Of a DNA stretch of 64,000 bases, positions 57,248-64,000 are shown in pieces. Under the pieces are notes generated by a model. That model ran no database searches, had not been told where the DNA came from, and saw nothing but the letters and a program-made list of their open reading frames with translations. The translations under genes were made by a program, and so were the position numbers. Position 1 is the stretch's first letter. Each line of letters starts with the position of its first letter. The DNA is from an uncultured Bacilli bacterium (GTDB lineage Bacteria > Bacillota_I > Bacilli_A > RF39 > UBA660). The DNA is taken from the NCBI GenBank assembly GCA_947629445.1, contig CANRDU010000001.1, forward strand, positions 1,386-65,385, given 5' to 3'.

Positions 57248-60200
57248 TTATTCTCCCTTCGTGCTATCTACAATTTGTAAATTTGGTAATTCATTATAAT
57301 TTGGTAAATTAGATACGGACAAAGATGTACTAGTTAAACGTTCACCATCGTTCGTAAGAGCATTATCTACGCGGTATAATTCAGCACGAATATTATGCTC
57401 TCTCATCTTTTCATATTCCTCTTTCGTTACGACATATAACCAATCACCGCTAGCAATCTCATATACGTCACCATCACTATTTAGAGAAGCGAATAAGAAG
57501 TTTACACCATCAAAACGGATAGAACTATCCTCTGCATCCACTAGTAAAACAACATTGAATGCAGGGTTTCCTCTATATTCTCCCTTAAAGATAACAGAAC
57601 CAGCTGGTATTACAGAAGTTTTTTCTTCTCCATCTACCATATAAGAGTAATCAGACTCTAAAATACCAATAGTACTATTTGATAACTCAACATTATCTCC
57701 TGGAGGAGCAATGACATCGAGTTCTTTTCCACTAATTCCAGCATTTCCAACAGCCACTATCTTTACATAAGAAACATCACTATAAGTCCATAACTGATTT
57801 CCACCAGTTGTTCCTTCTTTATCGAAGTAAACAATATTCGTATAATGATTTTCATCTGTCAAATCGAAACTGCCTGTTTTAGCAAGAGTCCAACTATTAT
57901 CTTCTCCCGTTTGACTAACATATATTTCATATTCTTGGATTGTATTTTCATCTTGAGCAATTGCTTGATATTTAATACCAACGATATCCATTTTGCTATT
58001 CATGTTAATAACAACATATGGATACTCTTTATCGTTAGATACTCTTTCTACTCCTTGGAAGAATGTTTCTTCATCATCATCAATAAGGTTATTAACCGCA
58101 AGAACTTCAAAATCCATGTCTGGATCTTCATGATCGATAGCCTCGCCAGTTTGTTTAAAGTTAGAAGAAATATCGAAGTTATCCTTCGCAACACTTCCAT
58201 CATGAGCAACTTTTACCTCATCCAACTTGTAAGTATTCGTTGGATTTAAGTAATAATCATAAGCAGTTACTTCATAAGTAACAGCACGGTTATTTAAAGA
58301 ACCAATAATATCTGTGAAAGTATCCTCTGTCGTAAACATAATTGGAACGCCATTACGTTTAATTTCATATCCCATAATAGCATCTCTTTCACCAGATACT
58401 TTAAAATCTAATGTATAACGTTTATTTTTAGTATCAACACTCTTAAGAGTTGCACTAACAGTAGTACTTTCAGAAACTGGTGCTTTCTTTGCTAATTTAT
58501 AACGTCTAGCTTCAACATTTAAATACCATATTGGTCTTGATTCTTCTTCTAATTCGAGGCTAGCAATATGTCTCTTAGCATCTTCACCAATGACAAGTCC
58601 CCAATGTTCAAAGAATGAGGTCAAGTCTTTACCTGCAGCTTCACTAGCATAAATAGCAAGTAATTCATCTTTCGTATAGCCACTTAAGTTTGATCTTCTA
58701 CTAATTTTATTGATTCTAGCAAAAATAGAATCAGTATCACTAAAAGTCTTATTTTCATCATATGCAATATGTAATTGCCAGTACATAGCAAGAGTTACAA
58801 ATACATCAGATCCCTTACCAATAGTACCAGAAGTTACTTTTTGATAAATCTTATCAAACTTATCTTCAATTCTTGCCTTTGATACATCATCACTTGTTTG
58901 AGCAAGTAATGCGAATACATTGTTAGTTACTTCAGCATGAGCCAAACTACCTTGGTTAATTTGATGACCAATTTCATGGCTTATGCCCCATCCAAAATAT
59001 CCTGTTGTAGTCATTTGTCCATTTACAATTTGATTTGGTTTTCCCTGAACTAATCCATTTAAAGATCCATATTCAATACCGATATGATCTCCACTAGCAT
59101 ACATGAACGCTCCATCAAACATTCTCATTAAACGGATATTAATACGAGATGCTGGTGTTTGATCAATAGGATCTTCTGGGGTTTCAGACAATCCTTTATG
59201 ACGATAGAAAATTCCCATCATCTCTTCGAAAGCCTGTAAAGAATCATATAATCTAGTAACTTGATCATTTGGATTAGATAACTCTGCTTTAATACCATCA
59301 TAGGCAGCCGTAGCAGCCATAGAGAATAAACCATTCTTAGTAACAATCTCTGTTGAATTTAATACACTTGTATTTTTGTTAAATTCAAGACCTTGTTTCT
59401 CATATTCTCCTGGTAAAGCAGCAACATAATCTCTTAAAGATACAATATAACTTTGAATAGCTTTTCGAATTTCTACCTCATCAGTCATAGTATGAATATC
59501 TAAAACAGGAATTCTAGTTCCTCCACTGACACGTACTTTGATATCATCTTTGCCAGCCGTCTTATTTGGATAACGTACATATACAGAACCACCGCGCTCT
59601 GTTGCCATATTTCCAATTTTTGGAACATCAATTACATTTCTACCTTTTTTCAAATTGGTAACAGTTTGTTTCCATGTTCCTGCTTCGGCATAATATTGAG
59701 TGAAAACTAATTGTGGTATCACATTTCCGGTAGTTCCCACATAAACAGTAATCTGCTCTCCAGGACGTGCTACCACTCCTAATGGTTGTAAATCACTTAG
59801 GCTTGAAAATCCTAAATGATTATTGCGAGATGTAGAAATGTTTTGATCTACAATAATCGTATCCTGAATAGCGGTATCATTTAAGATTTGTCTAGCATAA
59901 TTTAAATCGCTCAAAATAGATTGTCTATTTGGATGATATTCACCACTTGCTTCATCAATCGTATTTGCTTCTACTTCTAAAGCAGCGATATCTTCTTCTT
60001 GAATACCTTCTTTTAATTCTACTCGTAAATCATCTTGGAATAAATCTCCGACTTTATCTTCCAATGGATGATATTGGTAAAATTTAACTTCACGCATGGA
60101 AATATTTCCGTTAGCGGTTGCATTTGCTAAACTTAATTGAATTTTACTAGTAGTAATTGGTTCGAAATCAATTCTGAAATAAATTTGACCATTTGGACTC

Positions 60201-62422
60201 GTTAATTTTCTTGTAGTAAGAGAATACCCACCACCAATTTTCTTACTAGTACCATGATCATCGTAAACAATAGAAACATACGTCATAGCAGAGGTATCTA
60301 CTGTAGGTACTACAAAAATATGATCAATCTTATATTCTTTATCAAAAGTGAATGTTGGTCCAATTGGATTATTACTGTTAAATCCTCCTGTATCCCAAGA
60401 ATCATGTTGCCAGAACGTATTCTTATCATTATCAACAAGAGCAAACTCAGAAGATTTATATTGATTTTGTTTATACTCTACTTTGACAATATGATTCGTT
60501 ACTTCACCAACACCATTAGAAGTATTAATTAAACTATGTTTTGTTACATCTGGTAAATCATTTACTAAAGTATTAGACGTTGCAAGATCAGAAGGAGCAC
60601 CTTCTCCTAAGTGGTTTACTCCCACTACGTATACTTCATAAGTAACGCCCTCTTCAAGTCCACGTAATTTATAAGAAGTTCCAAATACCTTATCAATCAT
60701 TTGATATTTAGATTCCCCTACCTTACGATAGAAAATTTTATAATATTTGGTATCGTCCATATCTTTATAACTGATATCGATACCAGATGCAGCTGGTTTT
60801 AAATTTACCATATCTGGCTTTGGTGGTAATCTAGTTGGTTCTGGAGAAAAGGAAGTGGCATCACTCCATGCTCCTTTCCAATCTCCATTAACACCACGTA
60901 CTTTTACTTGATAAGGAGTATAATTTTCAAGATCAGCAACATCGTAAGTATTATAAGTAGTCTGATAGATGGTACTATCCACTACTTGATTTTCTTCTGT
61001 AGCAGTATTTTTCTCTAACTCTTCTACTAATACTTCATATCCTGTTACATTGGCCATATTGTCCCAATTAATCGTTGCTTCTTCTGAACCAATTTTTACT
61101 TTAATATTTTTCACAATAGAAATAACAGGAGCTGGTACCTCATCATATACATTGTTTAAGAATTCCACTTCGGTAATATCTGCTAAACTATTTCCTTTAG
61201 CAGCGGTAACACGAATCGTTACTTTTTTAACGGCTACTTGCCCTTTTAAATCGACAACAATAGTATCGGCACTAGCTTTATCTGTGAAGTAATGAACAGT
61301 CTCTAAGGTATTAGAAGTCGCATGGTATGTCTCTACATTGCCATCCTCATCTTCTACATCTACATATACTTCTTCTAAAGTATGGGTTATTCCTGTATCT
61401 AAACGGATTTGCTCCATCTTTACAGGCTCTTTCATATCGAGGGAAATAACCGCTGGATTTTCTTCGGAAATTGGTTTTGATTCATCTGTTGGCTTTAAAG
61501 TTACATTTCCACCTTCTTGGAACAAATCTTCTACATTTCCTTCAATATTTCCTTCTAATGTAATATCCTTTGCATCAAAAATAGGATTCGTAGATACTAC
61601 TTTGGATTGTGTGCTATCTCCATTTAAACAAGAAGATAACATAGCAACATCTATAATATCTACTTTTTTATCACGATTTAAATCATGTGTACGAATCACG
61701 TCTTCTTCCGTGGTTCCCATTGCAGACTCTAGTGATTCTAAATCTTTCGTATCTACTTTAGAATCTCCATTGACGTCTCCTACTTCAAAAGAACCTTTTT
61801 CATTTGTGATTGTTACACGTTTTCCAAAATCGTCAAGAGTAATATTCTCTACTGTATAGGTCTTATATCCATCCCCATAAAGTTCTATACTGTAAGTTCC
61901 TTTTTGTAAATGATAAATAGTGACAGAATAGTATTTTACAAATTCTTCCCCTATTCCATTCATCACACTACCCGTTTGATCCATTTTACGGATAGCAACT
62001 GTACCCATTTGGGCTCCTAAAGTATAATGAAGCGTATGATCCATGGTAGTAACACCATTAAAATCAATTTTATTTTGATGTCCATTATTATCCTTTAGAA
62101 TCATTCCCATGTTAGGATTTTCAACATTTTGAATAGGAAGCACAAATTGAATATCAACTTCTAAATTTCCAGTCGGAACATAGTCATTAATACTATAACT
62201 TTCTGGAACGTTGAGTTCATTTTTGTCCCCATCAAGTTCTACTGTTTCTGGAATCGTCTCTTTTGTATTTACTATATTTTGGTAGTTGTAGTCTTCATCC
62301 AAAACACTAGAATTGTTTAGTTCTGTTTCACTTGTAAGCGTATCACTTAAAGCAAGTGCGGATGGTGCGAACAATTGAAACATCAAACTAAAAGCTAGTA
62401 TGATATTTAACACTTTTTTCAT
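57248..62422 (-). CDS. Giant secreted M60-like (enhancin-type) zinc metallopeptidase with dockerin-like Ca-binding repeats, FN3 and F5/8-type-C-like domains
   Basis: Signal peptide. DVNGDSKVDTKDLESL and DLNRDKKVDIIDVAML are dockerin-type repeats. HExxH gluzincin site GWGISHEIGHQINQGSLAHAE. FN3-like and discoidin-like segments. 1724 aa. Confidence 0.8.
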   Translation of the reverse strand: MKKVLNIILAFSLMFQLFAPSALALSDTLTSETELNNSSVLDEDYNYQNIVNTKETIPETVELDGDKNELNVPESYSINDYVPTGNLEVDIQFVLPIQNVENPNMGMILKDNNGHQNKIDFNGVTTMDHTLHYTLGAQMGTVAIRKMDQTGSVMNGIGEEFVKYYSVTIYHLQKGTYSIELYGDGYKTYTVENITLDDFGKRVTITNEKGSFEVGDVNGDSKVDTKDLESLESAMGTTEEDVIRTHDLNRDKKVDIIDVAMLSSCLNGDSTQSKVVSTNPIFDAKDITLEGNIEGNVEDLFQEGGNVTLKPTDESKPISEENPAVISLDMKEPVKMEQIRLDTGITHTLEEVYVDVEDEDGNVETYHATSNTLETVHYFTDKASADTIVVDLKGQVAVKKVTIRVTAAKGNSLADITEVEFLNNVYDEVPAPVISIVKNIKVKIGSEEATINWDNMANVTGYEVLVEELEKNTATEENQVVDSTIYQTTYNTYDVADLENYTPYQVKVRGVNGDWKGAWSDATSFSPEPTRLPPKPDMVNLKPAASGIDISYKDMDDTKYYKIFYRKVGESKYQMIDKVFGTSYKLRGLEEGVTYEVYVVGVNHLGEGAPSDLATSNTLVNDLPDVTKHSLINTSNGVGEVTNHIVKVEYKQNQYKSSEFALVDNDKNTFWQHDSWDTGGFNSNNPIGPTFTFDKEYKIDHIFVVPTVDTSAMTYVSIVYDDHGTSKKIGGGYSLTTRKLTSPNGQIYFRIDFEPITTSKIQLSLANATANGNISMREVKFYQYHPLEDKVGDLFQDDLRVELKEGIQEEDIAALEVEANTIDEASGEYHPNRQSILSDLNYARQILNDTAIQDTIIVDQNISTSRNNHLGFSSLSDLQPLGVVARPGEQITVYVGTTGNVIPQLVFTQYYAEAGTWKQTVTNLKKGRNVIDVPKIGNMATERGGSVYVRYPNKTAGKDDIKVRVSGGTRIPVLDIHTMTDEVEIRKAIQSYIVSLRDYVAALPGEYEKQGLEFNKNTSVLNSTEIVTKNGLFSMAATAAYDGIKAELSNPNDQVTRLYDSLQAFEEMMGIFYRHKGLSETPEDPIDQTPASRINIRLMRMFDGAFMYASGDHIGIEYGSLNGLVQGKPNQIVNGQMTTTGYFGWGISHEIGHQINQGSLAHAEVTNNVFALLAQTSDDVSKARIEDKFDKIYQKVTSGTIGKGSDVFVTLAMYWQLHIAYDENKTFSDTDSIFARINKISRRSNLSGYTKDELLAIYASEAAGKDLTSFFEHWGLVIGEDAKRHIASLELEEESRPIWYLNVEARRYKLAKKAPVSESTTVSATLKSVDTKNKRYTLDFKVSGERDAIMGYEIKRNGVPIMFTTEDTFTDIIGSLNNRAVTYEVTAYDYYLNPTNTYKLDEVKVAHDGSVAKDNFDISSNFKQTGEAIDHEDPDMDFEVLAVNNLIDDDEETFFQGVERVSNDKEYPYVVINMNSKMDIVGIKYQAIAQDENTIQEYEIYVSQTGEDNSWTLAKTGSFDLTDENHYTNIVYFDKEGTTGGNQLWTYSDVSYVKIVAVGNAGISGKELDVIAPPGDNVELSNSTIGILESDYSYMVDGEEKTSVIPAGSVIFKGEYRGNPAFNVVLLVDAEDSSIRFDGVNFLFASLNSDGDVYEIASGDWLYVVTKEEYEKMREHNIRAELYRVDNALTNDGERLTSTSLSVSNLPNYNELPNLQIVDSTKGE

Positions 62423-62521
62423 ATGACAACTCCTCTCTCCTAGCTGATTCTATCATATCATAATTAGTGGCAGATATTCAATAATTTCCCTTGCAATTTA
62501 GCATTTTTATTGACAAAAATT

Positions 62522-62941
62522 TTATTTTTTTCGGTAGATCATTCCGGGACCTAAACCAGCTTCTTCTCTCACCACAAATCCAAACAGTTTATAAAAGTCT
62601 TCTTTTCCTAAAGCAGCCCCTAAATATAGACGGATAGAAGGATTTATTTTCCAATACTTTTCCATGCATTCTAATAATTTTTTTATAATCCCCGTTCCTA
62701 TTTTTTGAGATTGGTATTCCTTTTTTACCATCACATCCTGAACATATAAGAAAGTAGCTCCATCTCCGATAATTCTACCATAACCTACTAATTCTCCATC
62801 ATCATAGGCACAGACTGAAATCAGTGTATTTTGAAGAGCTAAAGTAACTATCTCATCAGGGCGAACTCCCCAACCTACATTAAGAGATACTTTATTATAT
62901 TCTTCAGCAGTCGGTATGTGTTCTATTATTTTAATCATCAT
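62522..62941 (-). CDS. GNAT family N-acetyltransferase
   Basis: ..KKEYQSQKIGTGIIKKLLECMEKY.. motif A. Confidence 0.7.
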   Translation of the reverse strand: MMIKIIEHIPTAEEYNKVSLNVGWGVRPDEIVTLALQNTLISVCAYDDGELVGYGRIIGDGATFLYVQDVMVKKEYQSQKIGTGIIKKLLECMEKYWKINPSIRLYLGAALGKEDFYKLFGFVVREEAGLGPGMIYRKK

Positions 62942-63485
62942 TCTTCTCCCTTTCTAATTTTTCTTTTTGTAATTCAATAACACTTTGTAATTGATTTAAT
63001 GATTTTGTTATATACTTGCGGTTAATACCAATAATGGGAATATGATATTCTTGAATTTTTTTATCCAATTTTTCCATAAACAATCCCTTTCTATGTTCAT
63101 TGCCGTGATTCGTATAAATATAATTAACGCAACAAGAAGGAGATTGCTCGATACCTAAAATAGCAATTACTTGATATTGAGAATCCAATAATTGTTTGAT
63201 TTCCTTGGCAACACTTTCAGCAAGTATCTCGCAGTGATTATTAAATTCTTCAGTATCATATTTCTTTAACCCCATCGGCTTGCGAACTAATTGTTGATGA
63301 TAAGTAGCCTCTATACAGGGCATTTGAATAATATTAATATCATTATCCATTAATAATTGCAGAAAAGGTTTAATAGAGCTTTTCCATTCATATTTGACAA
63401 TTCCCTGAGCCTGGTATGCTTGGGCAAGTAAACAAAACGGCACAAAGGCAAAACATTTACTTCTATTATCTATCATAGGTAGCAA
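62931..63485 (-). CDS. Hypothetical Cys-rich protein, possibly DUF523/TudS-like
   Basis: Conserved cysteines (..FVPFCLL.., ..MPCIEA.., ..PSCC..). Weak resemblance only. Overlaps both neighbours. Confidence 0.35.
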   Translation of the reverse strand: MLPMIDNRSKCFAFVPFCLLAQAYQAQGIVKYEWKSSIKPFLQLLMDNDINIIQMPCIEATYHQQLVRKPMGLKKYDTEEFNNHCEILAESVAKEIKQLLDSQYQVIAILGIEQSPSCCVNYIYTNHGNEHRKGLFMEKLDKKIQEYHIPIIGINRKYITKSLNQLQSVIELQKEKLEREKNDD

Positions 63486-64000
63486 TCTCCTAACAGAGTA
63501 TTTTGATATCTTTCGATAAGTTGATCTATCTTTGGTAAGAATAATTCTCGATAAATATGAATAGCCGTATTTATGGTTTCTTCATCTAGTGAATTCTGTT
63601 TTAATGGCATTCCCATTAGGCATTGTGATTCATTTACTTTAGGAATCATCCCTCGCACTAGAAACTCATTTTTTAATTGAAAATCATCTTGTAAATCTTT
63701 GACAGGGAGCAAAAATTCAATATGATATTTTTTAAATAATTCTGTAAATAACGCTAACATTTTATTCTGTTCTATCGCAAATAATTGACTGTTTCTCGCT
63801 CCATCTGCGACATAAGAAATACCAAGCTTTCTACATAACAGAATAGTTTCGACATACATAGATAATCTACACGATAAGCAATTCAACTGAGAGATGGAAA
63901 TATTACCATATTTTTTCACTATTTCATCCATTTTCCAATTGTACAAATCACAAATAAATTCCCGAAAAATACCATCTATTTTCTTTACTCCTAGGTATTC
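63473..64000 (-). CDS. Hypothetical protein, 5' end truncated by the window edge
   Basis: The frame is open beyond the annotated Met to the end of the window (..EYLGVKKIDGIFREFICDLYNWKMDEIV..). Confidence 0.45.
   Translation of the reverse strand, partial: EYLGVKKIDGIFREFICDLYNWKMDEIVKKYGNISISQLNCLSCRLSMYVETILLCRKLGISYVADGARNSQLFAIEQNKMLALFTELFKKYHIEFLLPVKDLQDDFQLKNEFLVRGMIPKVNESQCLMGMPLKQNSLDEETINTAIHIYRELFLPKIDQLIERYQNTLLGDCYL

Noticed and set aside
62423-62521. A promoter for the M60-like gene (TTGCAA / TGATAGAAT elements on the minus strand)
   Set aside because: The hexamer spacing does not fit 16-18 nt for any -35/-10 pairing I could construct, so it is left uncalled.

Overview
The window is AT-rich (roughly 30% GC) Firmicutes-type chromosomal DNA. 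It is densely coding and transcribed almost entirely on the minus strand, and it mixes housekeeping operons with accessory material.

Housekeeping content:
- The macromolecular-synthesis operon dnaG-sigA-trmK, followed by a type IV pilus/competence platform gene (T2SF family) and a prepilin peptidase.
- Competence genes comEA and comEC.
- The glmS ribozyme and the glmS gene.
- A gatCAB-asnS-aspS operon.
- RNase J with a coupled TPR protein.
- The conserved ireB-ruvX-DUF1292-mltG-O-methyltransferase cluster next to murD.
- A GH13 amylase, a PfkB-family kinase, PepD, and several GNAT acetyltransferases.

RNA genes and RNA elements:
- Seven tRNAs: Ile2/Met(CAT), Leu(TAG), two tandem Asn(GTT), Glu(CTC), Met(CAT) and Gln(CTG).
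- A glmS ribozyme.
- An Asn-specific T-box leader.

The most unusual observations:
1. The T-box(Asn) riboswitch has a perfect sigma-A promoter and sits directly upstream of two tandem tRNA-Asn genes. These lie immediately before the gatCAB-asnS-aspS Asn-tRNA synthesis operon.
2. A small (~2.4 kb) integrase-bearing element is inserted at the 3' end of tRNA-Leu and bounded by a 16-20 bp direct repeat. It contains a GC-rich non-coding segment and strong GC hairpins.
3. A 1724-aa secreted M60-like (HEIGH) zinc metalloprotease with N-proximal dockerin-like calcium-binding repeats sits next to a membrane-anchored protein with a cohesin-sized beta-rich module. This may be a cohesin-dockerin tethered mucinase.
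4. A T2SF platform protein carries a ~250-aa lysine-rich N-terminal extension.
5. An RNase J paralog has a degenerate HxHxDH motif.
6. A protein translationally coupled to murD has a PP-loop-like GGGKDS motif and a CxxC motif.

There are no CRISPR arrays and no rRNA genes.
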